In this document: positions 14,182-21,988 of the stretch, in pieces | Layout: each line of letters begins with the position of its first letter | Numbering within the stretch: position 1 is the stretch's first letter | Origin: a virus | Lineage: Duplodnaviria; Caudoviricetes | IMG/VR virus record: IMGVR_UViG_3300011438_000035 | Coordinates: 1 to 26,464 of that record | Direction: 5' to 3' (one strand) | DNA length: 26,464 nucleotides | Program-made: the position numbers and the translations under genes | Notes under the pieces: model-generated | Database searches by the model: none | Seen by the model: the letters and a program-made list of their open reading frames with translations, nothing else | Told to the model about the DNA's origin: nothing

Positions 14182-14636
14182 GCTTCTCTCCTAATATTAC
14201 GGATTGTCTTGACTGAAACGCCAAACCACGCGGCGACGGCCCAGGCCGGGGTTTCATCCTCGCGGATTTTCACACGCCACTCGGGCGGGATTACGTAGGC
14301 TTTTCCGTGCCGTCCCTTGCTGTTCATGTCCCGCATATTCGCGGCTTGCGTGCCGATAAACAGATGATCCGGGTTGACGCAAAGCGTTACATCGCAGGAA
14401 TGACAAACCACGTCACCCGGTTTTAGATCGTGTCCTTGCGCGATCATCATCGCCCGGTGAGCCAGTTCTGGCTTGCCTCCAGGCAGAAACGCCATGCCAT
14501 AATCTCGGGCATAAAGGCCACCTGTCCAGAGCCAGCAGCCGCTCCAAGGAACAGGAATTGTGCGCTCCATTAGTCGTTCGAGTAGCGGTCTACCCTTCCG
14601 CGCCCGCAAGCCGGAGAAACCCTTGGCGGCGTCCAT
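14178..14636 (-). CDS. Free-standing HNH endonuclease
   Basis: 'GCWLWTG..YG..AHR..VVCHSCDVTLCVNPDHL..GTQAANMRDM..KGR' plus a C-terminal HTH-like segment. Confidence 0.9.
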   Translation of the reverse strand: MDAAKGFSGLRARKGRPLLERLMERTIPVPWSGCWLWTGGLYARDYGMAFLPGGKPELAHRAMMIAQGHDLKPGDVVCHSCDVTLCVNPDHLFIGTQAANMRDMNSKGRHGKAYVIPPEWRVKIREDETPAWAVAAWFGVSVKTIRNIRREA

Positions 14637-15160
14637 CAGCGCGTCCGCACTGAAATCGAAGGCAAACCCTCGACCAACTCCGCGCCGGGAATGACAACGC
14701 CGACGGTCAAATCAGCCATCAGAGCGTTTTTGTCAGGCGTGCGGGTCACTTTCACATAGTCATCGGGGATCACTGCTTCGTCGGTGATATTCACACTCTG
14801 CCGGGGAGCGAGAACCGAGGCAGTAAAGTCCGGGGCTTCCCGCTTGCGCCATTCCATCGCTGTCATGATCGCCATTGCGGTGCCGCGCAAAGCCATGGCG
14901 CGGTTGACATATCGCTTTTTTCTGACCTGCAGATCCTCGATCATCTTGCCGGCGGCCTCGGCCTGGGATGTCGCGAACACCGCCGCCCGCACCGTCCTCG
15001 CCAGAATGTCTTCAACATCTCCCGTCTCCTGGCCCAGGATTTCCTCAAGCGCCTGCTGGTCATGTTCGAGGCTTTCGTCCTCAAGCAGTAACCGGGCGCG
15101 GGCGCTCTGCCAGACGCTCAGGGCAATTTCGGTTTTGAATGCGCTCGGTGCTTCGCTCAT
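14636..15160 (-). CDS. Siphovirus Gp157-family protein
   Basis: Coiled-coil N-terminus and C-terminal 'SVNITDEAVIPDDYVKVTRTPDKNAL...GVVIPGAEL....SISVRTR'. Adjacent to recT. Confidence 0.82.
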   Translation of the reverse strand: MSEAPSAFKTEIALSVWQSARARLLLEDESLEHDQQALEEILGQETGDVEDILARTVRAAVFATSQAEAAGKMIEDLQVRKKRYVNRAMALRGTAMAIMTAMEWRKREAPDFTASVLAPRQSVNITDEAVIPDDYVKVTRTPDKNALMADLTVGVVIPGAELVEGLPSISVRTR

Positions 15161-15333
15161 GCCGCCCTCCGTTCCACCGGTTCAACCTCGACATCCGCCA
15201 GCGCCGCGCGCAGCAGGCGTTGTTTCGCGCTGTTCACGCGATCCTCGACCACCTCGGGGCAGCCGCTGTGCTTAATCGCGAGATCAAGGTCACGAAGAAT
15301 GAACTCGATCGTGGTGGCGTGGAGCGTGCTCAT
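15157..15333 (-). CDS. Hypothetical protein (58 aa)
   Basis: ATGA-coupled on both sides. Confidence 0.6.
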   Translation of the reverse strand: MSTLHATTIEFILRDLDLAIKHSGCPEVVEDRVNSAKQRLLRAALADVEVEPVERRAA

Positions 15334-15563
15334 AGCAGCGCATCCGCTTTCTGCTCGGCGGCATGAACGGCGCACCAGGCCGCACCATCAACCCATTCCG
15401 TCGCGTCGGCGCGGCACCGCCACCCGTTACACTCAAGCGTGACCTCGCCCGTGCCCTCGCACGTCTCGCACTGCTGAGTGCGGACCCACGGATCGTTGCA
15501 ATGCCCGAGGCAGATGCGACCGGCGCCGGAGCAGTCGTGGCATTCAGAGAGGAGGGGCGTCAT
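15330..15563 (-). CDS. Small DnaJ-type CxxCxGxG zinc-finger protein
   Basis: 'CHDCSGAG' and 'CETCEGTG', plus a second C..C/CxxH cluster. Confidence 0.7.
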   Translation of the reverse strand: MTPLLSECHDCSGAGRICLGHCNDPWVRTQQCETCEGTGEVTLECNGWRCRADATEWVDGAAWCAVHAAEQKADALL

Positions 15564-15782
15564 CTAATGAACTCCCTCAGCGGCGGCCGGACGGAACTGA
15601 CGATCCCATTCGTGATCCACCCACCCATCATCATAGTAGCTTTTCACCGCGGCGATCTGGTCCATGTCGAAAGGGCCATCAATACTGTAGTGATCCCAGT
15701 ATTCTTTTCCGGCCTGAGTGCCGGCGATCAACATGGATAACTTTATCCAGAGGAGTTTTTCTTCGTGTGTCATCTCGTCCAT
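15564..15782 (-). CDS. Hypothetical acidic protein
   Basis: TGATG coupling to the antirepressor gene, 72 aa. Confidence 0.65.
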   Translation of the reverse strand: MDEMTHEEKLLWIKLSMLIAGTQAGKEYWDHYSIDGPFDMDQIAAVKSYYDDGWVDHEWDRQFRPAAAEGVH

Positions 15783-16402
15783 CAGTTCATCTCCGCCACG
15801 TCGATCGGTCCGTTGGTGTCCAGATCAATGGTGAATTTGAACTCGGCTTGGCGCAGCATGGCTTCAGCCGATGGCATCATGGGGAGGCCAAGATAGGCCA
15901 TCATCTCGCACCCTGCCCGTCCTCCGGCGGCTCTGATGTTGAGATTGACCAGCTTCATCTTATCGAGGACCGACATCGCCATCACTTCATCGGCGACAGA
16001 CCCGCCGGGCGCCAACGAGGCATGGCCTCCAGGGGTACGGAAGTTAGCGACCCCCTTACGAGCGAAGAAATGGTCGTGCAGAACGTGGAAGCATTGCTCT
16101 CGGTAGGCTCTGACTTTTGGGCGCGATTTTTCATTGCAACGGTTCTCATCGATCCCGAACAGCCATCCAGCGACCAGATGGATGTCGAGGCAGACCATTT
16201 CCTGGGGGCCGCCGGGCGAAGGTGTGACCGTGATGGTCATACCTTTGGACAGGATCGGGTCGCGTTTGATCCGTTGAAGCTGCTTGTTCCACGCCACACC
16301 GAGATCAGCACAGATCGGTTTGATAGCCACTCCGACCACGTTGGTCTCTTCAACGGCGAAGAGGGTGTCGCCCTGGAAGGCGATGGTTACGACGTTCGTC
16401 AT
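15782..16402 (-). CDS. ant: Phage antirepressor with P22_AR N-terminal domain
   Basis: AGGGAG RBS before ATG 16402. 'VAIKPICADLGVAWNKQLQRIKRDPILS...MVCL..VAGWLFGIDENR...YREQCFHVLHDHF'. Confidence 0.88.
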   Translation of the reverse strand: MTNVVTIAFQGDTLFAVEETNVVGVAIKPICADLGVAWNKQLQRIKRDPILSKGMTITVTPSPGGPQEMVCLDIHLVAGWLFGIDENRCNEKSRPKVRAYREQCFHVLHDHFFARKGVANFRTPGGHASLAPGGSVADEVMAMSVLDKMKLVNLNIRAAGGRAGCEMMAYLGLPMMPSAEAMLRQAEFKFTIDLDTNGPIDVAEMN

Positions 16403-16424
16403 GGGGTGCTCCCTGGTATGGGAG

Positions 16425-16483
16425 ATATTATCCACGCCTCGTGTAAATTATCAACCACAAAATACACGTCACGTGGATAATAT
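16425..16483 (-). promoter_or_regulatory. Leftward early promoter (PL-like) with two operators
   Basis: TCCACG-CCT-CGTGTA (16431-16445) and TACACG-TCA-CGTGGA (16463-16477). Minus-strand TTGATA (16454-16449) and GATAAT (16432-16427). Confidence 0.8.
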
Positions 16484-16559
16484 GTGCCCCCCCACCACCA
16501 GGGGAGACGCCGCCAGCCTCCCGTGAGACTCCATCCGGACGCTCTGCTATGCTGTGAGC

Positions 16560-16820
16560 ATGGACGATGAAACCAAAGCTTTCCTGCTCGCCATTGAAGC
16601 TCGCCTGATGGCGCGCATGAACGACCAACACGAGCGTCTGGCCGATCGTATAACCACCCTCGCTGGAGATGTGCGTAACCTACGCAGCGAGCACGGTGTG
16701 ACCCGCGATCTCGTATCCGCCTTGCCCGCGACCGTCCTGGGCGCGATCGAGAAGCCCCTGTTGCGTCGTATCACCAGCGTCGAGGACCGGCTTGACGATC
16801 TGGAAAGGAAGCAAGGTTAA
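16560..16820 (+). CDS. Small coiled-coil protein, probably leaderless
   Basis: Extended -10 TGcTATGCT (16545-16553) lies 6 nt before ATG 16560. 'MDDETKAFL...LLRRITSVEDRLDDLE'. Confidence 0.75.
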   Translation: MDDETKAFLLAIEARLMARMNDQHERLADRITTLAGDVRNLRSEHGVTRDLVSALPATVLGAIEKPLLRRITSVEDRLDDLERKQG

Positions 16821-16970
16821 GTGGCCGCCGCCTACAAGCAGGGCCTGTTGCGCTACGAGCCTTGGAAGGTGATCGCCCTCGCCGCTGGCGCGGGTGCCGG
16901 TGCGATGGCTGCCGCTGTCGCGCTCATGACGGCACTGGTGCGTTTGCTTGTCCCTGGGGCAGGCCAGTGA
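16821..16970 (+). CDS. Small membrane peptide (49 aa; absent from the ORF track)
   Basis: GTG start directly after the upstream TAA. MAAAYKQGLLRYEPWKVIALAAGAGAGAMAAAVALMTALVRLLVPGAGQ. Confidence 0.55.
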   Translation: MAAAYKQGLLRYEPWKVIALAAGAGAGAMAAAVALMTALVRLLVPGAGQ

Positions 16971-17014
16971 TAGCCTTTAGGAACTTGTGAGGTTGTGGCA
17001 TCACCGTTCTCCCT

Positions 17015-17049
17015 GAAAGCCCGTCGGGATCATCCCCTGGCGGGCTTTC
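17015..17049. terminator. Probable bidirectional intrinsic terminator
   Basis: GAAAGCCCGTCGGG / CCTGGCGGGCTTTC stem located between convergent genes. Confidence 0.7.
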
Positions 17050-17102
17050 GCATTGTGGGGCCACTGGTGCCCTTCCGCGAGACGCCGGGCGCGGTGGACT
17101 AA

Positions 17103-17423
17103 TCAGTTCTTCGTTTCAGTCGGAACAGGGTTCGCCAGTAGAAGCGCCCCCTCGATCGCGAACTTCAGACTGAGTGCCGCGTTGATGTTCATCCGGAGAT
17201 GGGCGACCACGACGTTGTCCGCCATGACCCTAGGCTCATTATTCACTGGCATATCCCTGGCGGCGGTCAGGGTAACGCGGATAATACCACTCACGTGGCC
17301 AAAGGCGGGAGCATTCTCGAAATAGAGGAATGGAGCATGAGCACTGGCGATAGCGGACACATTCCCTTGAGTGCTGGGAATAACTTCGACGATTGGCGAC
17401 TGCGGACCGGCTTTCTCGGACAT
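17103..17423 (-). CDS. Hypothetical protein downstream of the repressor (106 aa)
   Basis: GAAGGT RBS, ATG 17423. 'APFLYFENAPAFGHVSGIIRVTL...VVVAHLRMNINAALSLKFAIEGAL'. Confidence 0.75.
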   Translation of the reverse strand: MSEKAGPQSPIVEVIPSTQGNVSAIASAHAPFLYFENAPAFGHVSGIIRVTLTAARDMPVNNEPRVMADNVVVAHLRMNINAALSLKFAIEGALLLANPVPTETKN

Positions 17424-17493
17424 GGAAACACCTTCTATTTCTGGAACCCTGAAAAAGAACAATGGCTTCCTTCTGAAAAGCCGTTCCGCCCGC

Positions 17494-17967
17494 CTACCGC
17501 TTCCCCAGATTGACCACACGCGCCTTCGGGCAGTCGCCGGCGTTATTTTCCGCGACGCTTCCTCCCACCGGAGGGGAAGGCGGGGGCCGGGTCGGCAGGG
17601 GAAAAGGGATAGTGGCGTCTGGTGCCGGCGTCGGTGATGGCGCTGCTCTCGGTCGCCCACGACGCGGCTTGACCGCTTCCGAGGCTTTAAGCTCAATTTG
17701 CAACTGGACTTTTTTGGCTAACCCGAACGTTAGTTTCTCTATCTCATCCTTGATGATATAATCAGTGGAAAATCCATATGCTTTGGATATTTTCCCCAGC
17801 TTTACGCTATCGATCTTATTGCGCCCTCCCTCCCAGGCGCTAATCGCCGACAGCCCGACCCCTGCTGCTGTCGCGAACTCCTCCTGCGTTACGCCGAGGG
17901 CGTCCCGGACCAACTGAAGTCGGCGGCCCATTTCCTTCTGAGCAATCGAATCCGGCTCATGTTCCAT
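17494..17967 (-). CDS. CI-like XRE-family repressor without an S24 peptidase domain
   Basis: HTH 'GRRLQLVRDALGVTQEEFATAAGVGLSAISAWEGG'. Divergent from the cro-like gene. Start taken at ATG 17967 because upstream starts fall within the operators. Confidence 0.85.
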   Translation of the reverse strand: MEHEPDSIAQKEMGRRLQLVRDALGVTQEEFATAAGVGLSAISAWEGGRNKIDSVKLGKISKAYGFSTDYIIKDEIEKLTFGLAKKVQLQIELKASEAVKPRRGRPRAAPSPTPAPDATIPFPLPTRPPPSPPVGGSVAENNAGDCPKARVVNLGKR

Positions 17968-17997
17968 GACGGGAGCTTGCCCGTGCAAACCCAATAA

Positions 17998-18048
17998 TAC
18001 ACGACACGTGTCATAGGGGTTGAGATATTCCACGTGACGTGTGATTAT
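17998..18048 (+). promoter_or_regulatory. Rightward early promoter (PR-like) with two operators
   Basis: TACACG-ACA-CGTGTC (17998-18012) and TCCACG-TGA-CGTGTG (18029-18043). TTGAGA (18020-18025), 17 bp spacer, GATTAT (18043-18048). Confidence 0.8.
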
Positions 18049-18056
18049 TCGCCGCC

Positions 18057-18296
18057 ATGCTCACAAAAGACCTCATCGTGGCCCTCGGGGGGCCAACTAC
18101 CGTGTCGCGGATGCTGGGACTGACCGCCTCGGCGGTCACCAACTGGCAGATGCGCGAGGAAATCCCGAGAGCCCATTCTCTTGATATTTGGCGAATGGCT
18201 CTTGAGGCCGGTGTGGATTGGACGCCAGCCAATGCAAAAGCAATTCAACATTTATTGGCTGCACGTTCCATTCGCGAACCGGCGGATGCCGCATGA
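18057..18296 (+). CDS. Cro-like HTH regulator
   Basis: 'DLIVALGGPTTVSRMLGLTASAVTNWQMREEIP'. No SD and ATG 8 nt after the -10 element, so leaderless or nearly so. Confidence 0.88.
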   Translation: MLTKDLIVALGGPTTVSRMLGLTASAVTNWQMREEIPRAHSLDIWRMALEAGVDWTPANAKAIQHLLAARSIREPADAA

Positions 18297-18423
18297 GCAC
18301 GTCCCCACCAAGGCCCTTACGCATGCGAAGCCGTTGGCGCGGCATCGCATTCGAAAACGTCTCGATCTCTCTGTGTAACAATTCAACTCTCATGTCAGGA
18401 GCCGTAATCCGATGGGAGTAACC

Positions 18424-18864
18424 ATGTCTCGCCAAAACTTTTGCGATCACGAGGCCGAAGCCCGGAGTCTCGTGTCTCGCGCGATCGCCGCATTCCGCCG
18501 CGCCGGACACAAGAACGAAGACGCCGTCAGCATGGCCGCCGATCTGTTCCACATCAGTCAACGCAAGGCGTGGTCTCTCAAATACGGGCAGCCGGTTCGT
18601 GTCACGCCGTCGCTACGCGAGAGGCTGTTGGCCTGCTGGTGGACATCGATGGAACGACGCGCCGCTGAACTGCGACGCGATGCCGATGCGCTTGAAGAAC
18701 AAGCGCGCACCGCCGCGTTGGCGAACGCCGGCCAATATGAATTGCCGCTAGGGGTTGGGGATGTGGAACGCGATCAAGGCCGAGCTTTACCTGTTCCTGT
18801 CTCGCAGATCCACGAAGCGCGGCGATTACGTCAGAGCCGCGCACTGGATGAGGCGGTGGACTGA
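18424..18864 (+). CDS. HTH-containing early protein (CII position)
   Basis: GGAG RBS. 'AVSMAADLFHISQRKAWSLKYG' followed by a coiled coil. Alternative start at 18412. Confidence 0.7.
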   Translation: MSRQNFCDHEAEARSLVSRAIAAFRRAGHKNEDAVSMAADLFHISQRKAWSLKYGQPVRVTPSLRERLLACWWTSMERRAAELRRDADALEEQARTAALANAGQYELPLGVGDVERDQGRALPVPVSQIHEARRLRQSRALDEAVD

Positions 18865-18898
18865 GCTGCGGCCGCCGCACTGCCGGAGAACACCATGA
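18761..18898 (+). CDS. Possible small overlapping protein (45 aa)
   Basis: G-rich RBS, ATG 18761. MWNAIKAELYLFLSRRSTKRGDYVRAAHWMRRW; overlaps the 3' end of the previous gene. Confidence 0.4.
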   Translation: MWNAIKAELYLFLSRRSTKRGDYVRAAHWMRRWTELRPPHCRRTP

Positions 18899-18971
18899 CC
18901 CATCGGCCTCCCGGTCCCCCACCCGAGGCTCGATCGAGTGGCGGGCGTTACCCGCTCATTACCCCCGACTT

Positions 18972-19009
18972 CCCTCGGCTCGTGCCCCAAGCGAGCCGGG
19001 GGGCCTTTT
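18972..19009 (+). terminator. Putative intrinsic terminator (tR-like)
   Basis: CCCTCGGCTCG / CGAGCCGGGGG stem followed by CCTTTT. Confidence 0.55.
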
Positions 19010-19026
19010 GCGACTGAGGCGTTGAG

Positions 19027-19839
19027 ATGAAACCTCTTGCTGTGGACCTCTATTGCGGCCTTGGCGGTTGGACGGAGGGCCTGCTCGCCGAGGGCTACGA
19101 CGTGATCGGCTTCGACATCGAGCAGCATGCATACGGCGAACACCGCTATCCCGCGCAACTGGTCATCCAGGACGTGCTCACGCTGCACGGCGCGCAGTTC
19201 AAAGACGCCGCGCTGATCGTCGCGAGCCCGCCGTGTCAAAACTATTCATATATGGCGATGCCCTGGTCTCGCGCGAAAGAGAAGGCTCGGGCCATTCGCG
19301 CTGATGCGACCGGGAAGGCGTTGGCCGATCTCAACGCGCTGTTCAATGCGTGCTTCAGGATCCAGCGCGAAGCCAGCGAGGCGGCCGATCATCACATCCC
19401 CATGGTCATTGAGAACGTGAAGGGCGCGCAACCATGGGTGGGACGGGCGCGCTGGGCATTCGGTAGCTTTTTCCTCTGGGGCGACGTGCCCGCGCTCATG
19501 CCAATCCAGCGATATCACCAACGGTTGAAGGTCAGTTCCGGCGAGCAATGGAACGTCAACCGTCCAAACTTCACGGGCACGCTCGGTTGGGATGATGGCC
19601 TGAAGGTTCCCGGCTTTCGCTTCGATGGAAGCGGTAGGTCGTTTCAGACGGCCTCGGTGGAGACAAGCGGCCACAAATCCCAAGGCATGAACTGGTCCGA
19701 CCAGACGAAACGTGGCCAGGACTTCACGCGCATCGGCGGGCGCGGGACAAGCAAAGGAGCCGCCCGCAAAGCCGCCTCCGCGATGATCGCGAAAATCCCG
19801 CTGCCGCTGTCACGCCACATCGCGGCGACCTGCCGATGA
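19027..19839 (+). CDS. Short C5 cytosine DNA methyltransferase-like protein
   Basis: Motif I 'DLYCGLGG', motif IV 'ASPPCQ', motif VI 'ENV'. Confidence 0.82.
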   Translation: MKPLAVDLYCGLGGWTEGLLAEGYDVIGFDIEQHAYGEHRYPAQLVIQDVLTLHGAQFKDAALIVASPPCQNYSYMAMPWSRAKEKARAIRADATGKALADLNALFNACFRIQREASEAADHHIPMVIENVKGAQPWVGRARWAFGSFFLWGDVPALMPIQRYHQRLKVSSGEQWNVNRPNFTGTLGWDDGLKVPGFRFDGSGRSFQTASVETSGHKSQGMNWSDQTKRGQDFTRIGGRGTSKGAARKAASAMIAKIPLPLSRHIAATCR

Positions 19840-20156
19840 ACCACACGGCGACAGGGCGCCTCGCCGCGCTGCCAGACGAAAACGGCGACCTCACCCGCGC
19901 GCCGTGCCCGTCGTGCCGCGCCTCCACTTCCGACGTGACCGACAGCCGCGCATGGCACGGGCAGGTCAAACGACGCCGGAAATGCCGCGCCTGCGCGCAT
20001 CGGTGGTCCACGCTGGAAGTGCCGTTCGATGTCACCAACACGCGGGAATTTCACGTGATGGAAGCGAAGCTGCGGCGACTGGCGATGGAAGCGACCGAGA
20101 TGGCGGACGCGCTCCGGGGGCTCGCGGAACTCGTGCCGGCAAAAAGCGAGGGATGA
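19836..20156 (+). CDS. NrdR-type N-terminal zinc-ribbon protein lacking the ATP-cone
   Basis: 'CPSC...SDVTDSR.....VKRRRKCRACAHRWSTLE' followed by a short coiled coil. Confidence 0.8.
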   Translation: MNHTATGRLAALPDENGDLTRAPCPSCRASTSDVTDSRAWHGQVKRRRKCRACAHRWSTLEVPFDVTNTREFHVMEAKLRRLAMEATEMADALRGLAELVPAKSEG

Positions 20157-20157
20157 A

Positions 20158-20661
20158 ATGGCCGCATCGACATGGGCATCACCGGAAATCGACGCGCGCA
20201 TTGTCGCACTGAAGCAGACGGGCCTGTCGCACGCTCAGATCGCGGTGGCGATCTGTCATGAGTTCAAACCGACGTGGGTCAACAAGAACATGGTGCTTCG
20301 TCGCGCCAGGACCATCCTGGGCATCGACCGGGGCGAGAAGGCGGCCAACGAGAGGCAGGAGCGCAAGCGCGCGGCTGAGCGGGCGGCGCTGGAACCCAAG
20401 ACACCGAAGACGCGGCCGATGGCTCAACCGCCGCCCACCGTGACCCTGCCGCCGCTGGCGAGCGCGCTGGTGGCGTGGCCCGTGTTTCCGCCACCCGTCG
20501 TTCCCGCTCCGCTCGGTAACGGCAAATGCGCATTCCCGCTCTGGCCCAATGGAGCGCCGATCAGCCACGAATATTGCTCGAAGCAAACGCCGCTCGGGAG
20601 CAGTTGGTGCGCGACGCATCACGCCGTTGTCTACCACCGCGTTTCGACGAGGGCCGCATGA
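20158..20661 (+). CDS. GcrA-like cell-cycle regulator
   Basis: N-terminal 'W...ARIVALKQTGLSHAQIA...NKNMVL' and C-terminal 'CAFPLW...EYC....GSSWCATHHAVVY', joined by a Pro-rich linker. Confidence 0.82.
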   Translation: MAASTWASPEIDARIVALKQTGLSHAQIAVAICHEFKPTWVNKNMVLRRARTILGIDRGEKAANERQERKRAAERAALEPKTPKTRPMAQPPPTVTLPPLASALVAWPVFPPPVVPAPLGNGKCAFPLWPNGAPISHEYCSKQTPLGSSWCATHHAVVYHRVSTRAA

Positions 20662-21173
20662 CCGCCGCGCGCCCACCTAACACGCAGCGCGAGTGGTCGT
20701 TACAACGAAGTATCGTCGTCTACCTCTCAAAAGCCCTGCCACTGACAGCATACTTTACATCTATCGACATCGGTTCGGCGGGCAGCGCCCAGGCCGGGCA
20801 GCTACGCAAGGCCAGGGGCGTCAAGCCCGGCATCGCGGACATTATGGTCATCTGGTCCGGGACTGTTCTGTTCCTGGAGATCAAGGTCGGCACGCAACCA
20901 TCCGACGCGCAAAAACTGTTCCGCGATCAGGTCACGGCCAACGGCTGCTGGTGGGCGCTCGCGAGATGCCCCGAGGACGTGGAGCAGGCGTGCACCCTCG
21001 CGGGTATTCCCCTCCGCGCGACATTCGGCCAGATCCACGCCCGCATCGCCGAGCAGCAGGCGCACCTGCCCGCGAAACGCAAGCGCGCGGCCCGCCCACG
21101 CAAGGCCGCAACGGGATCCACTGGCAGCCTCACCGTGGCGCAGGCCCGGCGGCTCGGACTGTGGAACCCGTGA
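20658..21173 (+). CDS. VRR-NUC (PD-(D/E)xK) nuclease
   Basis: ATGA overlap at 20658. 'GVKPGIADIMVI....LFLEIK....SDAQ'. Confidence 0.85.
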   Translation: MTAARPPNTQREWSLQRSIVVYLSKALPLTAYFTSIDIGSAGSAQAGQLRKARGVKPGIADIMVIWSGTVLFLEIKVGTQPSDAQKLFRDQVTANGCWWALARCPEDVEQACTLAGIPLRATFGQIHARIAEQQAHLPAKRKRAARPRKAATGSTGSLTVAQARRLGLWNP

Positions 21174-21988
21174 CCCGCACCGAAGTAATCGGCGATGCGA
21201 CGCTGTATCTGGGCGACGCGCTGGAAATTCTGCCGACAATAACAGGCGTGGACGCGTTCCTACTTGACCCTCCGTATTCCTCGGGCGGCCAGTTCCGAGG
21301 CGACCGCACGGCGAAGACATCGGCGAAGTATATCCAAACAGGCAGCGAGTTCACCTGCCGGGTGGAGTTCGCCGGAGACAACCGCGATCAGCGAGCGTTT
21401 CTCGCGTGGTCCGCTCTCTGGTTCGGCTACATGCTGAAAGCATCCAATCCCGGCGCTACCGTTTGCGCGTTTACCGATTGGCGGCAACTCCCGACTATGA
21501 CCGACGCCATCCAGGCGGGCGGTTGGGTTTGGCGCAATCTCGTGACGTGGTGGAAGCCCGGAATACGGATGCAGCGCGGTCGCTTTTCGTCCAGTTCCGA
21601 ATACATCGTCTACGCATCGAACGGCGTTCCCATTGAAGGGGAGCGGTCGCCGCAAAACGTCCTTCAATACGCCCCCGTTGGCGGCGATGACAAAGAACAC
21701 ATCGCGGAAAAGCCGGTCAGACTTCTGCACGACCTCCTGGGCGTAACCCTGCCGGATGGGATTGTTTGCGACCCGTTCATGGGCGGCGGTTCGACAGGTG
21801 TTGCCTGTGTCCAGACAGGGCGACGGTTTATCGGACTGGAGATCGACCCGTTTCATTTTGAAACGGCACTGCGCCGCATCGAACAGGCGCAGCGTCAACG
21901 CGACCTGTTCATTCACGCGACGCCCATCCCCCTCGACCCCGCCGAACAACGCTGCCTGGAGTTCTTCAGGGAGCCCGAGGATGGCTGA
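21170..21988 (+). CDS. Beta-class N6-adenine/N4-cytosine DNA methyltransferase
   Basis: GTGA overlap at 21170. 'LYLGDAL', 'DPPY' preceding 'HIAEKP' and 'DPFMGGGSTG'. Confidence 0.92.
   Translation: MTRTEVIGDATLYLGDALEILPTITGVDAFLLDPPYSSGGQFRGDRTAKTSAKYIQTGSEFTCRVEFAGDNRDQRAFLAWSALWFGYMLKASNPGATVCAFTDWRQLPTMTDAIQAGGWVWRNLVTWWKPGIRMQRGRFSSSSEYIVYASNGVPIEGERSPQNVLQYAPVGGDDKEHIAEKPVRLLHDLLGVTLPDGIVCDPFMGGGSTGVACVQTGRRFIGLEIDPFHFETALRRIEQAQRQRDLFIHATPIPLDPAEQRCLEFFREPEDG

Noticed and set aside
20693-21169. N-terminal extension of the N6/N4 methylase (431-aa ORF call)
   Set aside because: Overlaps the VRR-NUC gene. The methylase motifs begin right after the GTGA overlap at 21170.
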